Positions 20,226-30,490 of a stretch of DNA of 64,000 nucleotides are shown one piece after another (within the stretch, counting starts at the first letter, position 1; every line of letters starts with the position of its first letter). The stretch covers positions 12,126-76,125 of the forward strand of contig CACFAO010000002.1 in assembly GCA_902564295.1 (NCBI GenBank), in the 5' to 3' direction. Source of the stretch: an uncultured Pelagibacteraceae bacterium (GTDB taxonomy: Bacteria > Pseudomonadota > Alphaproteobacteria > Pelagibacterales > AG-422-B15). The notes below the pieces were generated by a model that made no database searches, was not told where the DNA came from, and worked only from the letters and a program-made list of their open reading frames with translations. The position numbers and the translations under genes were made by a program.

Positions 20226-21080
20226 ATGACACAGTACAGCGATAAACTTTACAAAGCAGTAAATAAATCGACAATCGAAATCTCTTCGATTGATCAACTT
20301 AATAGTGAGTGGCTTAATAGTACATTAGACAAGTATACTTTTTGTATCATTAAAGGACTTATTGATCCTGATGTTATTCGCTCAGCAAAAGAAAAAATTA
20401 AAGAATATCATAGCCCTGACAATGAAAGACCGGCGACGGGCGAACACCCTGATGAATTAATGAATAATTTTCAGAAACTGTCTATTGGGGGAGCGGAGCA
20501 CTCTGGAGTATACCGTCCAAGATGTATGAGAACTTTTTATAATCCAGTATGGGCAGAGGATATATTTGGTTTGAGAGAGAGCTTCAAAATAACTGCGCAG
20601 GTTAGAAATATACTATATGGTTTCGATAAAGACTATGCCGTTGATGAGGTCGGAAATGAATTTTGGACAGCGTCACGAATTCACAATTACCCCAGCGGGG
20701 GAGGTTTTTTAGTCTCTCATAAAGATAATATCGTTCCCACAGTTCAAAAAAAATCAAAGCTATCAAATCAATATTTTCAACCAGTTATTCTTATGAGTAA
20801 AAAAGGTACTGACCAAGACTGTGATTTCAAAACAGGAGGAGGTTTTTTTGAGGTATTTGGTGAGAGATTCTTTTACGAGGAAGTTTGCGAATTAGGAGAT
20901 ATAATTATTTACTCTGGTGAAACAATACATGGAGTTGCAGATATTGATTTGGAAAAACCTTTTGATAGTCGTAAAGCTGATGGTAGATTTGCTGGATTTG
21001 TTACCTTATATAAAAAGTTTAATAAGAAAAAAGAACTTAACGATTTTGTTGAACCACCAAAAAACAAAGTTGTAATATAA
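20226..21080 (+). CDS. Fe(II)/2-oxoglutarate-dependent oxygenase-like protein
   Basis: YPSGGGFLVSHKD (HxD), GDIIIYSGETIHGV (distal His), GRF (2OG Arg). Confidence 0.7.
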   Translation: MTQYSDKLYKAVNKSTIEISSIDQLNSEWLNSTLDKYTFCIIKGLIDPDVIRSAKEKIKEYHSPDNERPATGEHPDELMNNFQKLSIGGAEHSGVYRPRCMRTFYNPVWAEDIFGLRESFKITAQVRNILYGFDKDYAVDEVGNEFWTASRIHNYPSGGGFLVSHKDNIVPTVQKKSKLSNQYFQPVILMSKKGTDQDCDFKTGGGFFEVFGERFFYEEVCELGDIIIYSGETIHGVADIDLEKPFDSRKADGRFAGFVTLYKKFNKKKELNDFVEPPKNKVVI

Positions 21081-21097
21081 GATTCTTAATATGCTTC

Positions 21098-21997
21098 ATG
21101 ACAGTTGTCCCATTTGAAAACCTAAGCTTACAAAAACAATGCCCGGTTTGCGGGAATAATATAGGACCAAGTCACAGACGATTTAAACTTCAGAAAGATC
21201 CTGATGTATGGATGCTTAAATGTAGTAAATGCAATTTAGGTACTTGTGAATATATACCAAGTGATAACTTTTTGTCTGGACTGTATGATCCAGATCACTA
21301 TGCAGCCAGCCTTACGAGCAATCTAAAACTTAGCAACAAATTAGCTTCTAATATAAGTAACAAATGTTCATTTCTTTTTTCAAGTAAACAGAAAATTTCT
21401 ATACTAGACTATGGGGGAGGAAATGGAGCTTTATGTAACGCTCTTATGCTTGACCTTAGATCAAGATATAAAAATATTAAATTTGAGTCTGTTGTTGTTG
21501 ATGTTTATAATTCTCTTGATTATGAAGATATTTCCTTTTTATCTGTTGAAGAATTTGATAATGCAAGTGATAAATTTGATATTGTGATTGCTAGTGCTGT
21601 GTTAGAGCATTTAACTAATCCTAAGAAGATTTTAGACAAATTAATATATTTACTAAATACCGATGGAGTATTTTATGCAAGAACCCCTTATGAAATTCCA
21701 TTGGTTAAGCTCAATATAGGGTACAAAACCTCCTGGCCAATTCATCTTCACGATATGGGGCCAGACTTCTGGGAATTTATTGGTAATAATTACAAAGATC
21801 AAATAGATTTTATTCAATCAAAAACATCTGTTATTGAAACAAGTATCATGAATAGACCGATCAGAACTTCTATAGCATTTTTATTAAAAATACCATCTCT
21901 TATTGAAACAAGCTTTATTAAAAACAATATTAGTTATAATGGTGTTATTTGGGGACTTGTTGGAGGATGGGAGGTTATATTTAAAAAAATAAGATGA
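21098..21997 (+). CDS. Class I SAM methyltransferase with N-terminal CxxC...CxxC Zn ribbon
   Basis: CPVC...CSKC, ILDYGGGNG, AVLEHL, HLHD. Confidence 0.8.
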   Translation: MTVVPFENLSLQKQCPVCGNNIGPSHRRFKLQKDPDVWMLKCSKCNLGTCEYIPSDNFLSGLYDPDHYAASLTSNLKLSNKLASNISNKCSFLFSSKQKISILDYGGGNGALCNALMLDLRSRYKNIKFESVVVDVYNSLDYEDISFLSVEEFDNASDKFDIVIASAVLEHLTNPKKILDKLIYLLNTDGVFYARTPYEIPLVKLNIGYKTSWPIHLHDMGPDFWEFIGNNYKDQIDFIQSKTSVIETSIMNRPIRTSIAFLLKIPSLIETSFIKNNISYNGVIWGLVGGWEVIFKKIR

Positions 21998-22935
21998 TAA
22001 AAACTAATAAAAAAGTATCTGTTGTCATCCCCTGCTATAACACTTCTAATAAATTACTTAAATATTCAAAAGAAATTGTAGAAGTCCTAAAAAAAAATAA
22101 TTATAAAGCTGAAATTATTTATGTTGAAGATTCCACTCCAGATAATAATAAAACGTGGAATATGCTATGTGGAATAGTTAAAAAAATTCCAAAATCAAAA
22201 TGCTTTCAAATGTCAAAAAATATGGGCCAACAAAAGGCAATACTTGCTGGTATTCAACAGTCCACAGGTAGCGTAGTAGTGACAATTGATGATGACTGTC
22301 AACATGATCTTAAATATCTTTTGCCAATGATAAAAGCATTAGATAAGTCAGATTTAATAATTGCTAAATTAGTATCAAGAAAAGTTGGGTTGTTGAGAAG
22401 TTTAGGCACTTATTTAGTTAAGCAGGTGGCAAAAAGTATTTTCAAATCTGAAAATGACATTTATTTTTCAAGTTACCGAGCAATTGAAGGTGATTTAGCA
22501 AGAAAATCGTCTCAATTTCCTGCATCAAACCCTGTAGTAAGTTTTGAGATAATGAAACTGACAAGCAGAGTAAAGAATATAGAAATTCTTCAGAAAGATA
22601 GTATTAGAGAAAAATCAACTTACTCAATATCAAGTCTTATAAGCTACTTCCTAACAATTATACTTACATACACAAATTATATTCAAAAAATATTTATTCG
22701 TTTAAGTTTTATTTTTGCTTTTTTTGCAACTCTTTTATTATTCTGGTACTTAACAAAATATTTCTATGGACAGATTGGTATTCCAGGGTATGCAAGCTTA
22801 ATAGCAATTGTCAGCACATTTGCTTCATTAACATTTTTCGGTATTGGAATTTTAATGACAGTTATTTCTAAAATCGATGAGAAGTTACATAAGCAGGATT
22901 GGTATAATTTCTCAAAGTCCTTAGAGAATAAATAA
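21994..22935 (+). CDS. Polyprenol-phosphate glycosyltransferase (ArnC/GtrB-like GT2)
   Basis: VVIPCYN, NMGQQKA..AG, TIDDDCQH, two C-terminal TM helices. Confidence 0.85.
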   Translation: MIKTNKKVSVVIPCYNTSNKLLKYSKEIVEVLKKNNYKAEIIYVEDSTPDNNKTWNMLCGIVKKIPKSKCFQMSKNMGQQKAILAGIQQSTGSVVVTIDDDCQHDLKYLLPMIKALDKSDLIIAKLVSRKVGLLRSLGTYLVKQVAKSIFKSENDIYFSSYRAIEGDLARKSSQFPASNPVVSFEIMKLTSRVKNIEILQKDSIREKSTYSISSLISYFLTIILTYTNYIQKIFIRLSFIFAFFATLLLFWYLTKYFYGQIGIPGYASLIAIVSTFASLTFFGIGILMTVISKIDEKLHKQDWYNFSKSLENK

Positions 22936-22962
22936 GTAATTTCTCAGAATCTTTGAAATCAA

Positions 22963-23931
22963 ATGAATATAAAAAGTACAAAAAATAACATAATTCTATT
23001 TTTTAATTTTCTTATATTTTTCTTTTGCGCTTACATTATTTACAAATATTTAATTTTAGAAAATGCCATTAACTATGTAACATCAATATCATCAATAAGT
23101 TTTTTTCTTGCTTCTATTGTACTTATTTTGGCTATAATATTAGACTCACTCAGATATGGCCAAATAATTTCATCAAAGAAAGAAATAACTACTTTAAATA
23201 ACAGTTATTTTGCAAAAACATTTTTTTATATTTCTGTATTCTTATCAAGCATGTCATTGTCATATGTAGTTCCAGGTTCGATTGGTGTTGAAGGGTATAG
23301 AATCATGAAGCTTGGTAAAATTGTTAAAAAAATTGAAGTAGCATCAAGTATAATTACACTTAGATTAATTAATTTTTCTTTAATTTTATTAATAATTTGT
23401 ATTGTATTTACATTTTCTCCAGTTGTTTTTTTTGAATTACTTAGCCAAAATACAAATATTCAAATTTCTTTTATTTATATTATTTTATTATTTTTAATTT
23501 TTTTATTAATTTTTCGATATAAGACATTAATTTATAATTCACTCATCTATTATATTAATTTTGTTAAAGACATTCCCATAACAGATATTTTAACTATCTA
23601 TTTTTATTCCATTGCAATTGAAGTGCTTAGATTTTTATCATTATTAATTATTATAAATGCCATGGGCATTGATTTGCCATTTATATTAGTCCTTGGCATA
23701 TCTGCTATTTCTACTCTCTCACTTATAATACCGTTCACAATTAATGGTATAGGCATCAGGGAGGCACTTATTGTTATTTTCTTAGATATTTCAGGAGTTA
23801 TTCTCAGCATGGGAATTGCTTTTGCAGTTATTGCAAGGATTGCTTCAGTCGTTCCAGTGATTGTTGGAGCGATACTACTGATTTTGAAAACAGATGACCT
23901 AACTTACTCTAGTCTTGCAAAATCCAATTAA
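22963..23931 (+). CDS. LPG_synthase_TM / putative flippase membrane protein
   Basis: Polytopic, VPGSIGVEGYR, IPFTINGIGIREA. Confidence 0.75.
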   Translation: MNIKSTKNNIILFFNFLIFFFCAYIIYKYLILENAINYVTSISSISFFLASIVLILAIILDSLRYGQIISSKKEITTLNNSYFAKTFFYISVFLSSMSLSYVVPGSIGVEGYRIMKLGKIVKKIEVASSIITLRLINFSLILLIICIVFTFSPVVFFELLSQNTNIQISFIYIILLFLIFLLIFRYKTLIYNSLIYYINFVKDIPITDILTIYFYSIAIEVLRFLSLLIIINAMGIDLPFILVLGISAISTLSLIIPFTINGIGIREALIVIFLDISGVILSMGIAFAVIARIASVVPVIVGAILLILKTDDLTYSSLAKSN

Positions 23932-25216
23932 AAATTAAATCTTTATTAAACCCAAAAGTTTTTTCCATATATTCTACTATGCTATTAGTTAAATTAGGAT
24001 CATCATCGGAGATTTGTGCAAAAAAAGATTTTGATCTGCATGAATAACTACAAAAGGAAATAAAATCATCAGTTAATTTATTTGAAGTGTAATTTGACTT
24101 ACTTAAGTTTTTATTATTTTTCAAAAATAATTCAGCCATTTTTATAATATCAAAATTGAATGAACCAATGGCTTCTGAACTTGGAACAATTAAATTTTTA
24201 GAGTAGTCTAAATTTTCTTTATATTCCTCTATCATCATTGGAATAAATGGTAAGCCTCTTTGTCTATAAAAATCATGGAATAGCCACGGTCGAGTATTAA
24301 CTTCTAAAATTTTTAATCTATTTTTCTTTTGATCTATAACAAATTCAATCATTAAGGGGCCATGCCAAGAAATAGCCTGACCTACCTTTTTTGATATTAA
24401 AATAAGTTCCTTATTATAAGACAGTTCAAGAGCGATTGCTGTACCAAATTTTGGGGGTGAAATTATGCGTTTAATACCATTAGCATAAATTCTTAGAGAA
24501 TGATTTTTATCGAAATATGTATAAGTTGGTATTTCATCAGTATCGTTATTAAATTCAATGAACTCTTGTACTATTAATTTATGCTTTAGTGATAAGAATT
24601 TCTCTACATTTTTTTTTAATGATATTCTGTCTTCACACTTAATTGCTTTAAGTCCATTATTGAATCTGTAGAAAGATTGGGATAAATCTTTTTCTGCAGG
24701 CTTTATAACACAAGGAAAAGAATTCCAATTATTGATCTTTTTTATACATTGGCTTGAAAATAGATAAATATTATCTAAAACCAGATCAGGTAAATGCGCT
24801 CTAATTTTTTCATAAAATAAGCCTTTATTTGCAATATCTGATCTAAAATCTTTATAGATTCTATCACCTGGTAAACAATAATACTCTGATAGTATTTTTT
24901 CATATTTGTGAAAAAAAATGAGATTAACGTCACTGGAGCAGAATACTAAAGGTTTCTTTGCATATGTTTTTTTTAGAAATTTTCCGTAAGAAATTAAATC
25001 ATCTAATGAAGCTTCTTCACTATCTGCGGGGTTAGATATCGAATAAACTTTATTAGCATAAATTGATTTATCGCTAAGCCAATCTGGAGCTCCTACCCAA
25101 CTAAAAGTTAATGCGTGTAGATCAACATGAGCTACGGAGTTTATTGATCTCAATAAACCTAGAAAACATATATCATTTGCTCTTATTGCAACAATAGGTA
25201 CCCTCTCATTACTCAT
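23909..25216 (-). CDS. ATP-grasp carboxylate-amine ligase (D-aspartate-ligase-like)
   Basis: FPCVIKP, IVQEFI, PPKFGTA, IEF...LEVNTR. Confidence 0.8.
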   Translation of the reverse strand: MSNERVPIVAIRANDICFLGLLRSINSVAHVDLHALTFSWVGAPDWLSDKSIYANKVYSISNPADSEEASLDDLISYGKFLKKTYAKKPLVFCSSDVNLIFFHKYEKILSEYYCLPGDRIYKDFRSDIANKGLFYEKIRAHLPDLVLDNIYLFSSQCIKKINNWNSFPCVIKPAEKDLSQSFYRFNNGLKAIKCEDRISLKKNVEKFLSLKHKLIVQEFIEFNNDTDEIPTYTYFDKNHSLRIYANGIKRIISPPKFGTAIALELSYNKELILISKKVGQAISWHGPLMIEFVIDQKKNRLKILEVNTRPWLFHDFYRQRGLPFIPMMIEEYKENLDYSKNLIVPSSEAIGSFNFDIIKMAELFLKNNKNLSKSNYTSNKLTDDFISFCSYSCRSKSFFAQISDDDPNLTNSIVEYMEKTFGFNKDLIFNWILQD

Positions 25217-25959
25217 TTTTTAATTTGAAACGCTAAATGTAAAGGTAGTTGTTCAAACCGCTTAAAAAAAGTTTTATTTTTTTTTATATGTTCTTTTTTA
25301 ATTGTTAATTCTTTTATTTTGGGAATTTTTTTGAATCCAGATAAAACAAGTGTGTCAAAATAATCTTCAAAAAGTTTATGATTCATTTGCACAGGTAATT
25401 TAATTTTATCAATTCTTTCAATACTCCCTTCCGCAAATATATCCCTTGCGCTGAAGTATCCTTTGTCTTTAAAGTCAAAATGAAAACCTTTTTTATTTTT
25501 TCTTTTCATAAAAGGTAATGATGGATGCGGTACACAAAATATAAATAAACCTCCTTTTTTTAATACTCGGTAAACTTCCTTAAAGGATTTTTTCATATCA
25601 CTTATTGAAAGATAATTATATAAAAAAACACAAACGACAATATCAAAATAATTCTGCTTAAATTTGAGTGAAACTGCTGAACCGGTTTTGAATGAAACTT
25701 TATTTTCATGATTTTGTTTTTTCGCTTCATTTATCATCTCATATGAAATATCAATTGCATCAATTGTTTTTGGCTTTCCTTTCAATAGAATTCTTGAAAC
25801 ATATCCCTCACCACATCCTAAATCTAGAATTCTTTTTCCATTTACATTTCCACATAACTCAACTACCGGAGGTCTTCCTGTAAAATCAGAGAGTGAAGTG
25901 GGCTTATCTCTCTTCCATTTTGATGAATTTTTGTTATATAATTTTTTAGTATTTTTCAT
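25213..25959 (-). CDS. Class I SAM methyltransferase
   Basis: ILDLGCGEG, IDIS..MI, LKKGG.FIF.VPHP; stop overlaps ATP-grasp start (ATGA). Confidence 0.88.
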   Translation of the reverse strand: MKNTKKLYNKNSSKWKRDKPTSLSDFTGRPPVVELCGNVNGKRILDLGCGEGYVSRILLKGKPKTIDAIDISYEMINEAKKQNHENKVSFKTGSAVSLKFKQNYFDIVVCVFLYNYLSISDMKKSFKEVYRVLKKGGLFIFCVPHPSLPFMKRKNKKGFHFDFKDKGYFSARDIFAEGSIERIDKIKLPVQMNHKLFEDYFDTLVLSGFKKIPKIKELTIKKEHIKKNKTFFKRFEQLPLHLAFQIKK

Positions 25960-26073
25960 ATTTTATTGAGAAAAATGAGTCATAATAATACTTTGAATTT
26001 TTAAAAAAAATTACGATTATTTTAAATGAATAATATAGTCTATGACTAAATAAAATAAAAACTATTATTCCCA

Positions 26074-26910
26074 GTGAGTCAAATTTCAAACAAAATTTTA
26101 TCTAATGTGGATCATATCAAAGACCATAAAATATGGATTAGTGAGGCTAATTTTGCATTATCACACATAACTAATGATCTAGAAAATCTTTCCAAAAATG
26201 CTAACGTATTAGAAGTTGGTAGTGGTTCTGGAATACTACTAAGTCACCTTGTGCAAAAATATGGAGAATTAAATTTTATTGGACTTGAACCATACGCTGG
26301 AGAATTCATAATACTCAAGCAATTTCACAACGCACTTAAGTCTATAAATAAGCACTTAGTTGTCAGTTCGTATGAAAATTTTCAATCTAATCAAAAGTTT
26401 GATTATATTTTTTTAATTAATGTATTTGAGCACCTTGATAATTGGAAAGACTTTCTAATTTTTATAGAGGATAACCTGAGTGAAAATGGTAAATGTTTAA
26501 TATTATGTCCTAATTATGGATTTCCGTACGAAACACATTTCAATATTCCTATAATTATTAATAAAGATATTACATACAAAATATTCAAAAGAAATATATT
26601 GTATCAAGAAAATATTCGAAATGCACATGGCTTATGGGACAGTTTAAATTTTATTACATACAATAAATTAGTAAGAGAAAGCAAAGTAAACAAGAGCCTT
26701 CAATTAAAAGTTGCTGACGATGTTTTATTCAGAATGATAGAGAGAAGCATTTATGATAAGCAATTTAAAAAGCGTCATAAATTAATGAGTAGTATCGCAT
26801 ATTTTTTTTATAAATGTGGATTACTGGGTATTTTTAAGCTACGTTTCATGAGGTACGTCGACCCATATATGAAGATATATTTTTACAAAAAAATAAATAA
26901 GCCTAAATAA
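26074..26910 (+). CDS. Class I SAM methyltransferase
   Basis: VLEVGSGSG, NVFEHL, ILCPNY. Confidence 0.82.
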   Translation: MSQISNKILSNVDHIKDHKIWISEANFALSHITNDLENLSKNANVLEVGSGSGILLSHLVQKYGELNFIGLEPYAGEFIILKQFHNALKSINKHLVVSSYENFQSNQKFDYIFLINVFEHLDNWKDFLIFIEDNLSENGKCLILCPNYGFPYETHFNIPIIINKDITYKIFKRNILYQENIRNAHGLWDSLNFITYNKLVRESKVNKSLQLKVADDVLFRMIERSIYDKQFKKRHKLMSSIAYFFYKCGLLGIFKLRFMRYVDPYMKIYFYKKINKPK

Positions 26911-29280
26911 TTAATTTAGCCATTTAACTTCACTTGGTTGTGTCTCTTTGCCAATTCTTAGTACATAGCTATTAGAGCATTCATTAAATAGAGATCTTCC
27001 TAAATCTTTTTTTAGAATTATTTTTTCCTGATTTTTAAATAACTGGTCAGAAAATTGAAATTTACAGTTTTGATTATTTATAGTTGGTACAAAATGAATA
27101 ACAATCTTGTCATCAACTTTAAACTCAGAATTCAGTTTAATATCCCCAAGATAGTAATGTAGTAAATCTCTATAAATTCTGCCACTTGTTACATTTTGAC
27201 CATTTTCAACCTTAACAAATGTTTTATCGAATATTGGCATGATAGAAAAGTTATGCTTTTCGTCATAGATAATGTATTTTATTGATAGATCGCCTTTACA
27301 CTCATTAATTTTATTTAAAGACTCCTTACTTATATCTCTCAACCAAGTATATTTTGACTGCTTGTTTAAGATGAATGGTTTTATATTTAACTTTTCATAT
27401 GAACATTGAGGATTAGAGGAAAATATAATTGGTCTACGATCGCTATCAATGTCATTGGTTGCTAAAAAATAACTTTCATTAACATTATAAACATCAAATT
27501 TAATTGTATTTGTGTCTTTGTCATTTAGTGAAAACGTATCAATAGTGCTATTTCTCGTATCATTATCTAATATTGTAAAGTCGGTATATTTAATTTGCAG
27601 GGTACTATCTGTTTTATTTAACAAATCTAATTTTCTTTCAAAAATTAAATTATTTATCCATTTATCCGGGATGATAATTGATTGACTAACCATATTGCTC
27701 CACTTGGCTTCATCTCTTTTTTTTTGTGCTACAGTTCCTCCAATTTTATAATTTCCCTCATCATTTTTCGATAAACTTATGAAATTAATTTCTTTATCAA
27801 TAATATAATCAATAAAACCAGAATAATTATCATCTTTTACTAAGTGTTTGATGTCGTCTATCCTCTGACCCATATTTGACATCGAGGATAAATAAGAGCC
27901 ATTAAAATATATATAAGGTATTGGCATTGCCCTTTTTGCTGAGTATCCCGCAAACTGTGCTTCTGAATTAGTAAGGGAAAAAAACTTTTTATTGCCAAAC
28001 TCACGATCTAACAAATTAGCGGTATTTTTTGTAGCCTCATATCTACCCTCAGAAAAATTACTTAAATCTGCCATAATTTTATGATCTTTTTGATAATTAA
28101 AATGAATTATTAGAAGCATAGAAATAAGAAATATTTCAAAATAATATTTTTTAAAATATGAGGCTATACCAGTACTTATAATTAAAATTGGAAAAGCAAC
28201 TTCCATACCCCATATAAATTTGGTCAAGTTTGAATTAAAGAAAAAGTTATTATCATCACTAATAGAAGTTCCAAATGATAAAAATAAATAAAAAATAAAT
28301 CCTCCTAAAAAAAATACGAATGGGTAAATTATTTTTTCATACCTTAAGTGCGCGAAGAACGAAAGGGATCCATATAAAATAAATACGGCTAGTATTAGAT
28401 ACATTTTTGACAGATTTGGACTTAAATCAAATTTTGTAATGTATTGTGGATGAAAGGCTAAATTTCCGTATAAAATAATATTAAAAAGTATGAATACTAA
28501 GTACGGACCTAAAAAAATTAAAAGTCCAATACAAAAATATTTATTAAGACAAATTATAAAATAATTTATTGCGACTTTTCTGTCGTAAAGAAACAGTACA
28601 ATCATTCCCATCAAAAATGAAATGGTCCATAAGATAACAATTGGATTATATGATAAAAATGCAATAACTGAAAAGAAGGCACACAGAAGGCCACTTTTAA
28701 AATTTAATGAAGAAAATTTACCTGATATAAAGCCCACAAAGACCGCTGAAAAGATATATATTGCGAAGACCTCGTGAAAACGATGTCCAAAAGTATTATA
28801 ATGCATTAATGAAAGTGTCATTAATGTTGTGAAGATTATGCTTGTTGATCTAGTGAAAAAAAAATTAGTTATATAATAACATGTTATTATACCAAGACAG
28901 TAAGAAAGCACAGCTGACAAAAGTGTCCAATTTTTTGGATTCTCTAGACTAAACAGACTTGATATTTTTCCAATTAATATAAACCAAATATGTATAAAAC
29001 TATCAGGAAAGAAATCATTAACATGCTGAACACTATTAGATAAGTAATGTTGTCTAATATATGAGGAATAAAAATGACCATCGTTGGTGACACCAAGAAA
29101 ATATTCATGAAGAGGGTAAATTTGAGCGAACCAATAAATACCCATTAAAAGAAACAAGTAAATTGCTACACTGGTTTCTCCAACTAATGATGAATAAATT
29201 TTTGAATTACTTCCTCTTAGGGAGTGCTTTAAAAAAGATAGACAAATAACTATAAATACTAATATGAAGAGATATGACAA
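26911..29280 (-). CDS. Large polytopic membrane protein, putative GT-C glycosyltransferase with C-terminal soluble domain
   Basis: About 12 hydrophobic segments in the first 400 aa, first-loop Asp (VTNDGHFY), soluble C-terminal half. Confidence 0.5.
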   Translation of the reverse strand: MSYLFILVFIVICLSFLKHSLRGSNSKIYSSLVGETSVAIYLFLLMGIYWFAQIYPLHEYFLGVTNDGHFYSSYIRQHYLSNSVQHVNDFFPDSFIHIWFILIGKISSLFSLENPKNWTLLSAVLSYCLGIITCYYITNFFFTRSTSIIFTTLMTLSLMHYNTFGHRFHEVFAIYIFSAVFVGFISGKFSSLNFKSGLLCAFFSVIAFLSYNPIVILWTISFLMGMIVLFLYDRKVAINYFIICLNKYFCIGLLIFLGPYLVFILFNIILYGNLAFHPQYITKFDLSPNLSKMYLILAVFILYGSLSFFAHLRYEKIIYPFVFFLGGFIFYLFLSFGTSISDDNNFFFNSNLTKFIWGMEVAFPILIISTGIASYFKKYYFEIFLISMLLIIHFNYQKDHKIMADLSNFSEGRYEATKNTANLLDREFGNKKFFSLTNSEAQFAGYSAKRAMPIPYIYFNGSYLSSMSNMGQRIDDIKHLVKDDNYSGFIDYIIDKEINFISLSKNDEGNYKIGGTVAQKKRDEAKWSNMVSQSIIIPDKWINNLIFERKLDLLNKTDSTLQIKYTDFTILDNDTRNSTIDTFSLNDKDTNTIKFDVYNVNESYFLATNDIDSDRRPIIFSSNPQCSYEKLNIKPFILNKQSKYTWLRDISKESLNKINECKGDLSIKYIIYDEKHNFSIMPIFDKTFVKVENGQNVTSGRIYRDLLHYYLGDIKLNSEFKVDDKIVIHFVPTINNQNCKFQFSDQLFKNQEKIILKKDLGRSLFNECSNSYVLRIGKETQPSEVKWLN

Positions 29281-29320
29281 ATGTTTACCTAAAAAAATAT
29301 TATATTAAATAATCGTTAAT

Positions 29321-30490
29321 TTAATTTTCCCCAAATATGTCTCTTGAATAAACCTTATCCCGGACAAATTCAAGTTCGGAGCTAAATCTATTAGCCAATA
29401 TTATATCTGACTCAGTTGTAAATTTACTAAAATCATTGATTAGCTCAATTTTATCAGGAGCATAACTTATTAAAGGCTCATACAAACATATTCTTAGATT
29501 TTTCAAAAGAAGTTTTTCGATAATGTCTGATACAGCACTTTCTCTAAAATTATCCGAGTCTGATTTCATTGATAGCTTGTAAATACCAATGGTTTTAGGT
29601 TTTTTATTTAATACTTGATTTAATATAAATTCTTTTCTTTGACTATTAGACTCAATAGTAGACTTAATAATCGAAGCAGGTAAATTAGAAAAATTACTAA
29701 GAAGCTGTTTAGTATCCTTTGGCAGACAGTATCCTCCATAACCAAAAGAGGGATTATTATAGAAGTTGCCAATTCTAGGATCGCTTGAAACTCCATTAAT
29801 AATCTTTTTAGTAGAAAGTTCATTAATTTCTGAAAATGAATCTAATTCGTTAAAAAATGAAACCCTCAATGCTAAATAAGCATTTGCGAACAACTTAACA
29901 GACTCTGCTTCAGTTGAAGACATATAAAAAACTAGCTCATTACTTGGTGGGACTAATGAGCACTCTATAAGTAACTTTGCAAATTCTTTTCCAAGATCAG
30001 ATGTATCTCCTACTACTATCCTTGAAGGATTGAGATTATCAAGTAATGCTCTACCTTCCCTAAGGAACTCTGGAGAAAAAAATATTTTATTATTATTAAA
30101 TTTATTTTTTACTTTTTCTGTAAATCCCACAGGCACCGTAGATTTAATAACAATTTTAGTATTATTATTTATTTTAACAGCGTCGTTTATTATATTTTCA
30201 ACAGAAGTTGTGTCAAAGCTTCCCGTAAGATGATCATAATTTGTGGGTGTTGCAATAATAATAAAATTCGCATTAGCATATGCATCTTCTTTAATGCTGG
30301 TTGCATCTAAATCTAAATTTTCGTTTGAAAAATAACTTTCAATTTCACCATCTTTTATAGGTGAAACTCTATTGTTAATTTTATCAATCTTATCTTGATT
30401 GATTTCTAGTAATTTTACACTGTGATGTTTGGATATAAGTGTGGCTAAGCTTAAACCAACATAACCAGCTCCAACTACACAAACCTTCAT
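29321..30490 (-). CDS. ugd: UDP-glucose 6-dehydrogenase
   Basis: GAGYVG, IKSTVPVG, SPEFLREG, GYGGYCLPKD, DNFRES. Confidence 0.95.
   Translation of the reverse strand: MKVCVVGAGYVGLSLATLISKHHSVKLLEINQDKIDKINNRVSPIKDGEIESYFSNENLDLDATSIKEDAYANANFIIIATPTNYDHLTGSFDTTSVENIINDAVKINNNTKIVIKSTVPVGFTEKVKNKFNNNKIFFSPEFLREGRALLDNLNPSRIVVGDTSDLGKEFAKLLIECSLVPPSNELVFYMSSTEAESVKLFANAYLALRVSFFNELDSFSEINELSTKKIINGVSSDPRIGNFYNNPSFGYGGYCLPKDTKQLLSNFSNLPASIIKSTIESNSQRKEFILNQVLNKKPKTIGIYKLSMKSDSDNFRESAVSDIIEKLLLKNLRICLYEPLISYAPDKIELINDFSKFTTESDIILANRFSSELEFVRDKVYSRDIFGEN

Noticed and set aside
20226-21080. Possible BesD-like radical halogenase
   Set aside because: It retains the HxD carboxylate (HKD); halogenases have HxG/A.
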